Below, in pieces: positions 42,201 to 52,120 of a DNA stretch of 64,000 bases. Position numbers and translations under genes: made by a program. The first letter of the stretch is position 1. Every line of letters starts with the position of its first letter. The stretch comes from an uncultured Armatimonadia bacterium (GTDB lineage Bacteria > Armatimonadota > Zipacnadia > CAVVLO01). Location of the stretch: contig CAVVLO010000003.1 of the NCBI GenBank assembly GCA_963749155.1, positions 352,001 through 416,000 of the forward strand, in the 5' to 3' direction. Under the pieces are notes generated by a model. That model had not been told where the DNA came from, searched no databases, and saw only the letters and a program-made list of their open reading frames with translations.

Positions 42201-43715
42201 TTAGCCTGTGGGAGGCAAGTTGGCTTTTTGGACGAGTGTATCACCTTCGGTATCAGGCATAAAAGACCAGCAGGTCGAAGTCAGTCGCTCGATGAACCTG
42301 CTATCGTGACTCACTAGCAGGAGGGCGCACTCGGTGCCGGCCAGTGCCTCTTCCAGCAACTCGATAGCAGGCAAATCGAGATGGTTGGTAGGCTCATCCA
42401 GCACGATAAGCTGAGGCAGTCGGGAAGATTGCAGCGCCAGCAAGAGTTTGCGCGCCTCGCCTGGGCTGGCCTGGGCGCTTTCCAAAACGCGTTCGGCTTC
42501 GGAGCCAAGCCCCGCGAGGATGGTCATCACCTGCCCAAGTTGCTCGTGAGGCAGCTTGCGCACTTCCTCCACCAACCTGGCGCAGTCCTCTGAGGGCAAC
42601 TCTTGCGGTATATAGGCTAGCTTGCCCTCGGGCAGGCGCAACTGGCCCAGCAGGTAGCCAAGCAAAGTGCTTTTGCCAGCGCCATTTGGTCCAACAAGCG
42701 CAACCCGGTCACGGGGCCCTTGCGCAAGTGAGGGAAACCGAAGCTTGCGTACCGGCCCCATTGGCAGTTCTCCAGGACCAATCTCGACCAGGAGATCACG
42801 TCGGGCGACCTCGGAGGGCAAGGTGAAACGCAGCCTGGCAGCTTTCACTACGCGTTTGGCAGCGAGCCTGCCCTGCGCCTGGGCCAGGCGGCCGGCCAGT
42901 TGGGACGCACTGCGGCCGGCAGAGCCATCGGCGCCTGAGACGACCGCGCGGTCGATCTTCTCCCGCGCATCGCTGTCCTTCCACGAGAGCTTGCGTTTGG
43001 AACGTTTCGAGTCCTGTTTGGTGGCCCGCTGCAGGCGTTCTTCGACAGTCGAAGCCAGATGGGATACTTCGCGTTTGGCGGCCTGCCTTTCGTCCTGAGC
43101 GCGCTCTCTGTCGGCTCTTGCCTGCGCCGAGGCCTGGCTGTAGTTGCCTGCTCGCAGGTGGACGCCGTCCTCCTCCAGCATCAGGCAGTTAGCGCACAGC
43201 GCATCCAGCAGCGTCCTGTCATGCGCGACCAGCAGGCCCACCCCTTTGAAATCGGCCAGGGCGCGTCCTACATAGTCGCGCGCTTCGGCATCGAGATGGT
43301 TGGTAGGCTCGTCCACAAGCAGCACATCGGGCCTGCTGAAGAGGGCTGTAGCCAGTTGGGCGCGTTTCTGTTCGCCAGGACTAAGCACCTGCCAGCGTTC
43401 TGGCCAGTCGGTGCCGAGAGCGAGCAACTCGCAAAGGCGTCGAGCCTCGCGCGAAGGAGTCTGAAGCAGGCCTGTCAGCCCGCCGGGAAGGGTTTCTACA
43501 AGCTGGGGGCAGTAAACAACGTGCCCTTTGGAGGAGATATGCCCCGAAAGAGGGGCAAGTTGACCGCTTGCCAGCGCAAGCAAGGTGCTTTTGCCACTGC
43601 CATTGGGACCGATGAGGCCCGTCCAGCCGGACTCGAGATGGAACGAAAGGCCAGAGAACAGCAAGCCGCTTGCGGAATCATAGCCAAAACTAACGTCAGA
43701 AAAGACCAAAGCCAC
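42201..43715 (-). CDS. ABC-F ribosome-associated ATPase (possible antibiotic-resistance ARE type)
   Basis: Two ABC domains (GPNGSGKST/LSPGEQKR/DEPTNHLD and GPNGAGKST/SPGEARK/DEPTNHLD), no TM segments, long charged linker. GTG at 43715 after GGAGG. Confidence 0.85.
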   Translation of the reverse strand: MALVFSDVSFGYDSASGLLFSGLSFHLESGWTGLIGPNGSGKSTLLALASGQLAPLSGHISSKGHVVYCPQLVETLPGGLTGLLQTPSREARRLCELLALGTDWPERWQVLSPGEQKRAQLATALFSRPDVLLVDEPTNHLDAEARDYVGRALADFKGVGLLVAHDRTLLDALCANCLMLEEDGVHLRAGNYSQASAQARADRERAQDERQAAKREVSHLASTVEERLQRATKQDSKRSKRKLSWKDSDAREKIDRAVVSGADGSAGRSASQLAGRLAQAQGRLAAKRVVKAARLRFTLPSEVARRDLLVEIGPGELPMGPVRKLRFPSLAQGPRDRVALVGPNGAGKSTLLGYLLGQLRLPEGKLAYIPQELPSEDCARLVEEVRKLPHEQLGQVMTILAGLGSEAERVLESAQASPGEARKLLLALQSSRLPQLIVLDEPTNHLDLPAIELLEEALAGTECALLLVSHDSRFIERLTSTCWSFMPDTEGDTLVQKANLPPTG

Positions 43716-43777
43716 AGATGAGCACCTCCAGCACCAAAGCCCGGACAAGCCGGGGACGCGGGGTTCATACTAGCAGC

Positions 43778-43810
43778 TCACTTGCGCACTCGAGGTGGCC
43801 TCCTTTTCAT
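43778..43810 (-). promoter_or_regulatory. Putative leader-peptide uORF (MKRRPPRVRK, or MRK from the internal GTG) of an attenuator
   Basis: ATG AAA AGG AGG CCA CCT CGA GTG CGC AAG TGA, directly upstream of the ABC-F. Contains CACCTC, complementary to the ABC-F SD region GAGGTG. Confidence 0.45.
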
Positions 43811-43812
43811 AT

Positions 43813-45082
43813 TCACTCACTTGCAGGCTGAGCTGGCGCCCAGGGCAACCACACGCTGAAGGCGCTGCCCTTGCCCACTGTGCTGTCTACCCAGATGCGT
43901 CCGCCATGGGCTTCAGCGACCAGCTTGCAGAAAGTCAGCCCCAGGCCGGTCGAATACTTGTGGCCTTCGTTGCGAACACTTGCCTGGCCGAACTTCTCGA
44001 AGATTCGCTCGCGGTCCTGCTCGGGGATGCCAGGCCCGTTGTCGACGACCGAGAAGACAAAACCTTCGTCCTCGCAGCGGCTGCTGATGCGGATGGACCC
44101 GCCAACCGGCGTGAACTTCATCGCATTGCCCAGCAGGTTAATCAAGACTCTGCGCAGCTTCTCGGCGTCAGCCACAAGAGGGCGCGCGCACTGTTCGAGC
44201 AGGCTGACAGTGAGGCTTTGGCTGCGCTCGTGGGCCAGCGTTTTGACCTGGGAGAGAGCCAGCTCTGCCAGGGCGTTGAAGTCCACCTCGGCCAGTTCCA
44301 GCTGCATCTGGCCGCTCTCCAGCTTGTTGACATCAAGCAGCGTGTTGATCATCTCGAGCAGTGTCTGCCCGCTAGTCAACGCCATTGGCACGAACTCATG
44401 GGTCAGCTCGGGTTCGTAGCCGGTATTTACGATGGTCTTCAAGGCGCCGATGATGGTCGTTAGCGGGGTGCGCAGATCATGGACAATCATATGGACGAGC
44501 GAATCGCGCAGCTCTTCCAGCTCCAGTATCTGTTTCGCTCTGAGCTTGTCGTAAGCGGCACTCGCAATAAGGCTGCTGACCACCTGGAGGAACTCGGCGG
44601 TGGCGGTAATGCGCTCTTCGGGCATTACAAGGGCGGCGTTAGCCACGGCTTCGCCCTCTTCAGGCTTCATCCCGCCCTCGATGGCGATCTCGCGGAAGTG
44701 TTCGATGTCAGGGGGCTCGGGCAGGCTGCGGGCGAAAACGACATAACCCACGACTTGCTCTTTGACGCGGATGGGAACCGCGGCATCCTTGAAGCCGCCC
44801 GCGGCACTTGTGGTAGACGACTTCATCCTGAAAATGGACCTGACGCAGCTGGGCTTCCAGCTCGGGTTCGGGTACATCCCACTTCTGGCGGCGCAGGCAA
44901 AGAGTGCCCTGGCCCCCATCTACCAGCGAGCCACAGAACTGTAGCGGCTGGCTGACAGGGGTCAAAGGCACTCCATTTTGATCCGTGAACACGAGCGGGA
45001 TGCCTGTTAGCATCTCGAAAAGTCGCTTCAGTCTTTCAAGTAACTCGGTCGAGGTCAACTCGCCGAGGTTCAGTTCTGTCAT
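43813..45082 (-). CDS. PocR-sensor histidine kinase; 1 frameshift
   Basis: PocR-like FEMLTGIPLVFTD...FC...C...YHKC..G.KDAAVPI. H-box IVHDLRTPL, N-box NLLGNAMKF, DNGPGI, GLGLTFC. Confidence 0.88.
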
Positions 45083-45109
45083 TACGCCTTCCCTTGCCAG
45101 CCTTAGCGA

Positions 45110-45823
45110 CTAGTCGGGCACTCTGCCGGCTTTGGCCGCATCGCGAGCAGCCTGGGCATGGGGAGAAACCGTATCTACGCGCGCTTCCAGAATCTTGTCG
45201 CCCTTGCGAATCTGGTCTACGACGTCCATCCCTTCGAGCACTTTGCCGAAGACGGTGTGCTTCATATCCAGGTGGCCAGTGGCATTAGGCCCGCCCAGGC
45301 AGACGAAGAACTGGCTGCCACCGGTATTGGGGGCCGAGGTCTTGGCCATAGAGAGCATCCCGCGATCATGCTTGAGGTTGGGCCGCACTTCATCGGGGAT
45401 GGTGAATCCTGGGCCGCCGGTGCCGTTGCCCTTGGGGTCGCCGCCCTGGATGACGAAGCCTGGCTCTACCCGGTGGAAAGTGACGCCGTTGTAGAAACCT
45501 TCTTCCGATAGCAGCAGGAAGCTGCCGGCGGTGATGGGAGTATCCTCATCGAAAAGTTGCAATTTGATGTCGCCTTTGTCGGTCACAAGCGTGATTGTTG
45601 TCATATCTCCCTCTGCTGGTTTAGTGGTGGTGGCTGGCTCGGCCGGAGTAACAGGCGCTGGCGGCGCAGCCGTTGGGGCGACCTGGTCGGGCGCCTGGGC
45701 TGATTGCTGGCAGCCGGTAAGGCCGATGCCAAGCCAAAGGCCAAGTGCGACTACTAGCAGTACTTTACCGAACTTTGCTCCGAGCGAATATACATCTAGC
45801 CCTGAAGCTGTCATCTGGCTCAC
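45110..45823 (-). CDS. Cyclophilin-type peptidyl-prolyl isomerase, lipoprotein
   Basis: FYNGVTFHRVEPGFVIQGGDP, LSMA...GSQFF, HTVFGKV. Lipobox LTGC. Confidence 0.95.
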   Translation of the reverse strand: MSQMTASGLDVYSLGAKFGKVLLVVALGLWLGIGLTGCQQSAQAPDQVAPTAAPPAPVTPAEPATTTKPAEGDMTTITLVTDKGDIKLQLFDEDTPITAGSFLLLSEEGFYNGVTFHRVEPGFVIQGGDPKGNGTGGPGFTIPDEVRPNLKHDRGMLSMAKTSAPNTGGSQFFVCLGGPNATGHLDMKHTVFGKVLEGMDVVDQIRKGDKILEARVDTVSPHAQAARDAAKAGRVPD

Positions 45824-45892
45824 CTCAAATACGGTAGCTTGCCTTGCGAAGTCCTATTTTGGCATTAGATGGCCCGAGGCGCAAGGGCACAG

Positions 45893-45919
45893 GCAGGAAA
45901 GCCCCCGCCCAGGCAGAAG
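45893..45919 (+). promoter_or_regulatory. SigmaH-like promoter GCAGGA-N17-GAAG
   Basis: Motif about 34 bp upstream of ATG 45954. Confidence 0.45.
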
Positions 45920-45953
45920 CTAGCAGCACTCTGAAATCCAGTGAGGCGCGCTT

Positions 45954-47177
45954 ATGACCTCTCGAGAATTGGTACTTTCTGCTTTTAATCATAAAGAGAC
46001 AGCCGAGATTCCGCTGGATCTTGGGGGCCACCGGTCTTCAGGTGTAGCGGCAATCGCTTATGCCCGGTTGCGAGACTATCTTCGACTGCCCAGGCGGCCT
46101 GTCAGGGTCTACGATCCCCCCCAGCAGCTTGCCGTACTGGACGAGGATGTGCTGGACCTGTTTGGGGTAGACACGATTGAGCTGGGCAGGGCTTTCGCCC
46201 AGGCAGAAGAGCACTGGCAACCCTGGCCCCTGCCGGAAGGCACCCAGGCGTTCCTGCCCGCCTGGATTAACGTCGAGCGCGTCGAGGGCGCCTGGCGCCT
46301 GCTTAATGATAACGGTCTGGAGCTCGCTCGGATGCCCGATGGGGCGCTGTACTTCGAGCAGACCCACTTCCCCTTCTACAAAGCGCCTGTTGACCTGACC
46401 CGACTTGGCGATGCGCTTGAGGAAGCAATGTGGACTGCCGTGGCCTCACCACCCGGCCCGCTTGCGCCAGATTCCGCCACCTTGCGCGAAGGAGCCCTCA
46501 GGTTGCGGGCCAGTTCAGACCGCGCTTTGATTGGGCTCTTTGGCGGCAACCTGTTCGAGATGGGCACCTTCCTCTACAGGATGGACCGCTTTCTGGAATT
46601 ACTGGCCGCCGACCCTGACGAGGCGCACGCTTTCCTCGACAAGGTGGTCGAACTGCACCTGGCCAATCTGGAAACCTTCCTCGAGGCGGTGGGCGATGTA
46701 ATCGACATCATCCTGTTCGGTGATGATCTGGGGATGCAGACCGGCCCGCTGATGTCGCCAGCGATGTACAGGGAGTTCTTCAAGTCGCGTCACGCCTTGC
46801 TTTGGCAGAGGGCCAAAGAGCTTGCGCCTGTGAAGGTGATGCTGCACTCCTGCGGGAGCCTGCGCGCGCTGCTACCCGACCTTATTGAGGCCGGGCTGGA
46901 CGCGGTAAATCCAGTGCAGATAACCTGCGCCGGGATGGAACCTGTAGAGCTCAAACGCGAGTTCGGGCGCGACCTGGTATTTTGGGGCGGAGGCTGCGAC
47001 ACTCGAGAGGTGCTGCCTCATGGTACGCCCGCCCAGGTGAGCGACCATGTGAAGCGTCAGATCTCAGTGCTGGCGCGGGATGGAGGCTTTGTTTTCCAGC
47101 AAGTGCATAACGTAATGGCCGATGTGCCACCCGCCAATCTGGAAGCGATGCTGAGGGCCGTAAAAAGTCCGAGATAA
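45954..47177 (+). CDS. URO-D family methyltransferase
   Basis: GDDLGMQTGPLMSP..YREFFK, LHSCGS, NPVQ, FWGGGCDT, GGFVFQQVHNV. Confidence 0.9.
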   Translation: MTSRELVLSAFNHKETAEIPLDLGGHRSSGVAAIAYARLRDYLRLPRRPVRVYDPPQQLAVLDEDVLDLFGVDTIELGRAFAQAEEHWQPWPLPEGTQAFLPAWINVERVEGAWRLLNDNGLELARMPDGALYFEQTHFPFYKAPVDLTRLGDALEEAMWTAVASPPGPLAPDSATLREGALRLRASSDRALIGLFGGNLFEMGTFLYRMDRFLELLAADPDEAHAFLDKVVELHLANLETFLEAVGDVIDIILFGDDLGMQTGPLMSPAMYREFFKSRHALLWQRAKELAPVKVMLHSCGSLRALLPDLIEAGLDAVNPVQITCAGMEPVELKREFGRDLVFWGGGCDTREVLPHGTPAQVSDHVKRQISVLARDGGFVFQQVHNVMADVPPANLEAMLRAVKSPR

Positions 47178-47192
47178 ATTGGCTTACCCCTG

Positions 47193-47220
47193 TTAACATT
47201 TTTCAAAGAAGTGTTATAAT
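47193..47220 (+). promoter_or_regulatory. Sigma70-type promoter (TTAACA-N16-TATAAT, extended -10 TGn)
   Basis: AT-rich island with a perfect TATAAT preceded by TGT. Confidence 0.6.
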
Positions 47221-47342
47221 TAAACATCGAAACTGAGCCTGCCAGGCGTTCAGAGACGATAGAAGCAGTGCAGCTTTTCTGCAGTATCGGCCGCAGGAAG
47301 CCTCTGTGGCCGCATTCTTAACTGTCCGGGGGGACACGTTAG

Positions 47343-48059
47343 ATGCAAAAGAGCAAAGGTTTTACCCTCATCGAGCTGCTCGTCGTGATCGCCATCATCG
47401 CGATCCTGGCAGCAATCCTTTTCCCTGTTTTCGCCCGTGCCCGTGAAAAGGCTCGCGCGAGCAACTGCCTCAGCAACGTCAAGCAAATGGGATTGGCTGT
47501 AATGCAGTATGTCCAGGATTATGACGGCTACTACATGTCAGTCTACGATGACAGTCAGCCCGTTGGGCGTGTCATCTGGGCCCAGAAGATCGAGCCCTAT
47601 GCCAAGAACAGGCAAATCTTCGCCTGCCCAAGTTCCGATGCCGATACCAACATGAAGAACCACATCACCTGGGGTGCTCCTGAGCTTCAGGGTACCCGCT
47701 ACCAGTGCGACATGTGCGGCGACCAGCCAATCGGTCAGGCGCCCTGGGGCGTTTTCACCGAGGCCAACTGGTGGCCCGTAAGTGAACCCATGTACGACTA
47801 TCCTTCTCAGACCGCGATGATCACCGAGTCCAACAACTGCTGGTGGCAGCATTATCATCCCCAGTGGTGCCCTGGCACCAACTATGACGACCCCAAGGGA
47901 CGCGTCATTGTAGGTCATCTTGGCGAGCAGACTTACCCCTGGCACCAGGAAGGCATCAATGCCGCTTTCATGGATGGTCATGCGAAGTTCGTTACAACCG
48001 TGCGGATTCAGAACAGCCTCAGGTTCTGGTCGCGCGCTGGCCAGCCAGATAACGGCTAG
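47343..48059 (+). CDS. Prepilin-type N-terminal cleavage/methylation DUF1559 protein with H-X9-DG motif (copy 1)
   Basis: [58 protein letters not shown]. Confidence 0.93.
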   Translation: MQKSKGFTLIELLVVIAIIAILAAILFPVFARAREKARASNCLSNVKQMGLAVMQYVQDYDGYYMSVYDDSQPVGRVIWAQKIEPYAKNRQIFACPSSDADTNMKNHITWGAPELQGTRYQCDMCGDQPIGQAPWGVFTEANWWPVSEPMYDYPSQTAMITESNNCWWQHYHPQWCPGTNYDDPKGRVIVGHLGEQTYPWHQEGINAAFMDGHAKFVTTVRIQNSLRFWSRAGQPDNG

Positions 48060-48086
48060 TTAGCAACCAACACAACAGCCTGGCAA

Positions 48087-48119
48087 AAAGGCGGACCCCT
48101 CGGGGTCCGCCTTTCATTT
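48087..48119 (+). terminator. Rho-independent terminator
   Basis: AAAGGCGGACCCC-TC-GGGGTCCGCCTTT hairpin plus T-rich tail. Confidence 0.85.
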
Positions 48120-48218
48120 GATATTCAGAACCAGGAGATATTATGAGGCTACCAGGGAGAGAGGATTAGAAATTACTTCCTGGCATCCGCTTCATTTTAT
48201 CGTTGGGGGAATGACTAG

Positions 48219-48917
48219 ATGAAACGCAGGTCCGGCTTCACCCTTATCGAGTTGCTTGTTGTAATCGCCATTATTGCGATTTTGGCAGCAATCCTTTTCC
48301 CGGTTTTCGCCCGCGCAAGAGAGAAGGCTCGCGCGAGCAACTGCCTCAGCAACGTCAAGCAGATGGCACTAGGGGTTATGCAGTATGTCCAGGACTATGA
48401 CAGCAAGTATCCTTCGGTCTATGACGACACCTATGGTTATCGAATCATCTGGGCTGAAAAAATCAGTTTGTATGTGAAAAATAACCAGATTTTCGCCTGT
48501 CCCAGCTCGGACGCCGACACCAACATGAAAGCGCAGCCGGCTGGGCTCGAACTGCAAGGTACCCGCTATGCGATGGATATGTGCGGGGATCTCACCAACA
48601 GCGCCTGGGGTGTTTTCACTGAAGGCCCCTTCAATCCAGTTAACGAGAGCAATATGGATTATCCCTCCCAGAGCGCAATGATCATTGAGAACAATAACTG
48701 CTGGTGGCAGCATTATCATCCTCAATGGTGCCCTGGCACCAACTATGATGATGCCAAAGGGCGTGTCATCGTCGGGCATCTGGGCGAACAGACCTACCCC
48801 TGGCATCAGGAAGGCATCAACGCCGCTTACTGCGATGGGCATGCGAAGTTCCAGACCACTCGCAACATCGAGAACAACCTCAGGTTCTGGTCGCGTGGCG
48901 GTCAGCCTGACGGCTAG
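48219..48917 (+). CDS. DUF1559/H-X9-DG prepilin-type protein (copy 2)
   Basis: Same motifs as copy 1; [13 protein letters not shown]. Confidence 0.93.
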   Translation: MKRRSGFTLIELLVVIAIIAILAAILFPVFARAREKARASNCLSNVKQMALGVMQYVQDYDSKYPSVYDDTYGYRIIWAEKISLYVKNNQIFACPSSDADTNMKAQPAGLELQGTRYAMDMCGDLTNSAWGVFTEGPFNPVNESNMDYPSQSAMIIENNNCWWQHYHPQWCPGTNYDDAKGRVIVGHLGEQTYPWHQEGINAAYCDGHAKFQTTRNIENNLRFWSRGGQPDG

Positions 48918-48949
48918 AGCGCTCCAGGCGGCAGCACTTCACACCAAAA

Positions 48950-48984
48950 GAGGAAGCAGGGCCTTTGGGTCCTGCTTCTTTTTC
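48950..48984 (+). terminator. Rho-independent terminator
   Basis: GGAAGCAGGGCC-TTTG-GGTCCTGCTTCT followed by a T-run. Confidence 0.8.
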
Positions 48985-49065
48985 TGTTTGTTGTAGGGGC
49001 TGGCGCAGAAAGGTGGAATTGCCTGCCAGGTATTTCAACAGAGGACGCCAAGGAAGCTGAGCAAA

Positions 49066-50139
49066 TTGCGCAAGCTAATGATATTGGGAGTTTTACTTGG
49101 GGGCTTGTTTATGAGCGCTGCCGCCCTGGGAGGCCAGTCGGCTGAAATCTCATCGAACGGGAACGGTCCAGGACCAACGGATGTGGGCATCTGGTATTGC
49201 ACCTATTACGGCGAAGACTGGAACAAGGTAGGCGGGATGGGCTACCCGCCCTGCCTCTATCGGCCTCTCTGTTCGACCACGCCCGGCGATTTCCGCACCT
49301 ATGACGCCGCGGATCCCCAGGTCATAGATTTTCACCTTCAACAACTGGCCGAGGCCAGGATTGATTTTATCCTGCTGGAACTCACCCCGGGCGGTCTGGG
49401 GGGCTACCGGCCGGCAATGAAGCTTTTTGTGGACAAGGCGCGAGCAGTTGTAGAGCGACTGAAGCTCTGGAATGAGACCCACGAGTGGAAAGTTAGATAT
49501 GCCATCGCGGCAGGCTCGCATCCAGATGTCTACGGTGAGAGTCCCATAGGGCTGTGTATGGAGAAAGAAGCCCAGGATGTCTTCGAGAGCTTCCTCTACA
49601 ACGGAGATTACGGCGGCTCGGATAACTACTATCACCTTAAGGGCAAGCCGCTGCTCGTGTATTGGGGCGATATCAATTCCAACCGGGCTTCCTGGGCCGC
49701 CTATGAAGGCGACAAAACTTATGGCGACCATTTTACAATCCGTTATGCACAAGATGTCATAAGCGGAAGTTATGGCTGGAATATCTACAAGAGCGGCCCG
49801 GTATTGCATAGCGAGGTTGAGGTCGTATCGCCCGGCTGGGGTCACTATATTCGAAAAGATCCCCCCTATGTCGAGAGACTTCACGGCGACTTCTACCGCC
49901 AGTGCTGGGATACCGTGCTTGCGAATCCAAGACCGAAAGTCGTAATGATTGTGGCTTTCAACGATTATCTGGAGAACACGGCGGTCTGGACGGCGGATAC
50001 AACCAATCTGACCGACGCTGACAGGTGGGAAGACAAGACCGGGGTACTAAAGCCTGACCTCTACTGGGAGCTGACCGTAGAAAAGATCAGGGCCTTACGC
50101 GGGCTTGCAACGCCAGTGGCTAATCAGGACGAAACCTGA
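49066..50139 (+). CDS. Secreted GH99/GH71-like glycoside hydrolase
   Basis: VGIWY, YDAADPQVIDFHLQQLAEARIDFILLE, LKGKPLLV, VSPGW, IVAFNDYLENT. Preceded by GTAGGG-N17-GAAT (48993-49019). Confidence 0.65.
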   Translation: MRKLMILGVLLGGLFMSAAALGGQSAEISSNGNGPGPTDVGIWYCTYYGEDWNKVGGMGYPPCLYRPLCSTTPGDFRTYDAADPQVIDFHLQQLAEARIDFILLELTPGGLGGYRPAMKLFVDKARAVVERLKLWNETHEWKVRYAIAAGSHPDVYGESPIGLCMEKEAQDVFESFLYNGDYGGSDNYYHLKGKPLLVYWGDINSNRASWAAYEGDKTYGDHFTIRYAQDVISGSYGWNIYKSGPVLHSEVEVVSPGWGHYIRKDPPYVERLHGDFYRQCWDTVLANPRPKVVMIVAFNDYLENTAVWTADTTNLTDADRWEDKTGVLKPDLYWELTVEKIRALRGLATPVANQDET

Positions 50140-50297
50140 TTTCTCCAGGGGAAATAGACAGAAACCTGTTTCCAGAAAGAAGTCGCTTGTTGAAAGGGTA
50201 TAACTGTGGTAGGCTTGCCCGCCGGCATTTTTCTCCTATTATTGCCTGCGGTTGACCGCTGTTTCAGGGGTTTTTTATCATTCCAGGAGGGCAGTGA

Positions 50298-50999
50298 ATG
50301 CAACGCAAACAAGGCTTCACACTTATCGAGCTGCTTGTAGTAATCGCCATTATCGCGATTCTGGCAGCAATCCTTTTCCCAGTTTTCGCCCGCGCGCGCG
50401 AGAAGGCACGCGCGAGCAACTGCCTCAGCAACGTTAAGCAGATGGCTCTGGGCGTTATGCAGTATGTCCAGGACTACGACAGCAAGTACCCCTCAGTCTA
50501 CGATGACACTTATGGGTACCGCATTATCTGGGCCGAGAAAATCAGTATGTACGTGAAGAACAACCAGATCTTCGCCTGCCCCAGCTCGGACGCCGACACC
50601 AACATGAAGGCCCAGCCAGCTGGGCTGGAACTGCAGGGCACGCGTTATGCGATGGATATGTGCGGTGGTCTAGTAAACAGCGCCTGGGGCGTCTTCACTG
50701 AAGGGCCCTTTGAGCCTGTGATTGAGACCGCAATGGAGTATCCCTCACAAAGTGCTCTGATTATCGAGAACAACAACTGCTGGTGGCAGCATTATCATCC
50801 CCAGTGGCAGCCTGGTCTCAACTATGACGACGCCAAAGGGCGTGTCATCGTAGGTCACCTGGGCGAACAGACTTATCCCTGGCATCAGGAAGGCATCAAC
50901 GCCGCTTACTGCGACGGGCATGCCAAGTTCCAGGCCACTCGTAAAATCGAGAACAACCTCAGGTTCTGGTCGCGTGGTGGCCAGCCCGACGGCAGCTAG
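50298..50999 (+). CDS. DUF1559/H-X9-DG prepilin-type protein (copy 3)
   Basis: Near-identical protein to copy 2. Confidence 0.93.
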   Translation: MQRKQGFTLIELLVVIAIIAILAAILFPVFARAREKARASNCLSNVKQMALGVMQYVQDYDSKYPSVYDDTYGYRIIWAEKISMYVKNNQIFACPSSDADTNMKAQPAGLELQGTRYAMDMCGGLVNSAWGVFTEGPFEPVIETAMEYPSQSALIIENNNCWWQHYHPQWQPGLNYDDAKGRVIVGHLGEQTYPWHQEGINAAYCDGHAKFQATRKIENNLRFWSRGGQPDGS

Positions 51000-51017
51000 T
51001 CAGTTTCTAGTTGTTTT

Positions 51018-51108
51018 GGAAGCCAGACCGCCTGGCGGTCTGCTTTCCCAAAACCCTGAACCGCGGTCACTTGGAAGAGCGAGCCTAAAGGCTCGCTCTT
51101 CTGTTTTT
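51018..51108 (+). terminator. Tandem hairpins / terminator
   Basis: CAGACCGC-CTG-GCGGTCTG, then GAAGAGCGAGCC-TAAA-GGCTCGCTCTTC followed by TGTTTTT. Confidence 0.75.
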
Positions 51109-51308
51109 GGGATCTTCCAGACTCCCCAGGCCTCAAGGCTCACTGCCTTTCAGGTTACAAAAAAACTGCCCTTTGTGCAGAATCCAGGCCAAATTAGCTT
51201 GCGCAAAAACGAGTTCGGTGTTAATTTTATATTTAGAGTGATTTTATAGGGCTTGTCCTGATCAAGCTCTAATCCCCGTTGTTTCGCCTTACCCAAGGAG
51301 GGAAAGCA

Positions 51309-52034
51309 ATGCAAAAGAAACAAGGCTTCACTCTCATCGAGTTGCTGGTGGTAATCGCCATAATCGCGATCCTGGCAGCTATCCTATTCCCAGTATTTGC
51401 TCGCGCCCGTGAGAAGGCTCGTGCGAGCAGCTGTTTGTCCAACGTCAAGCAGATAGCTCTGGCCCAGATGCAGTACCTTCAGGACTATGACAGCTGTTTC
51501 GTGCCGGTCTACAACGACAACTATGGTTATCCAGACGGTCGTCTCATCTGGGCCCAGCAAATCAGGGCTTACTGCAAGAACGATCAGATTTTCGCTTGCC
51601 CCAGTTCGGACGCTGACACAGCAATGAAGGCCCCCCTCGGGGGAGGTTTCAACGACCCACTATTTGGAACGCGCTATGCGATGGATATGAATGGCTGGTC
51701 GTGGGACGGTACGCTTGGGGTGTTCAACGAGGGTCCCTATCTCAACACCAAAGAGGGAGATTTCGAGTATCCCTCCGAGAGCGCAATGATTATAGAGAAC
51801 AACAACTGCTGGTGGCAGCATTATGGAGTGCCTTTTGGCATTGCCGGCGCTATTCCGAACTTTGATGACTCCAAGGGAAGGGTACTGGTTGGGCTTTTCC
51901 AGGAGCAGACCTACCCCTGGCATCAGGAGGGCTTTAACGCGGCCTTTGTCGATGGGCATGCCAAATTCGTGACTACCAAGAGTGTCGAGTACAATCGGCG
52001 GTTCTGGTCGCGGTGTGGCCAGCCTACCCCCTAG
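51309..52034 (+). CDS. DUF1559/H-X9-DG prepilin-type protein (copy 4, most divergent)
   Basis: [13 protein letters not shown]..., [21 protein letters not shown]. Confidence 0.93.
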   Translation: MQKKQGFTLIELLVVIAIIAILAAILFPVFARAREKARASSCLSNVKQIALAQMQYLQDYDSCFVPVYNDNYGYPDGRLIWAQQIRAYCKNDQIFACPSSDADTAMKAPLGGGFNDPLFGTRYAMDMNGWSWDGTLGVFNEGPYLNTKEGDFEYPSESAMIIENNNCWWQHYGVPFGIAGAIPNFDDSKGRVLVGLFQEQTYPWHQEGFNAAFVDGHAKFVTTKSVEYNRRFWSRCGQPTP

Positions 52035-52063
52035 TGTCATTATTTAAGCGAGGCCTTGCACCG

Positions 52064-52094
52064 GAAGCGGATCCTTCGGGATCCGCTTCTTCTT
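52064..52094 (+). terminator. Rho-independent terminator between convergent genes
   Basis: GAAGCGGATCC-TTCG-GGATCCGCTTC (UUCG loop) followed by TTCTT. Confidence 0.85.
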
Positions 52095-52120
52095 GCGACT
52101 GGCCTTCAGGGGGACGCTCT

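Noticed and set aside
47343..52034. Diversity-generating retroelement or cassette-switching explanation for the DUF1559 repeats
   Set aside because: No reverse transcriptase or recombinase in the window. Differences are not adenine-specific, and all copies are complete genes.
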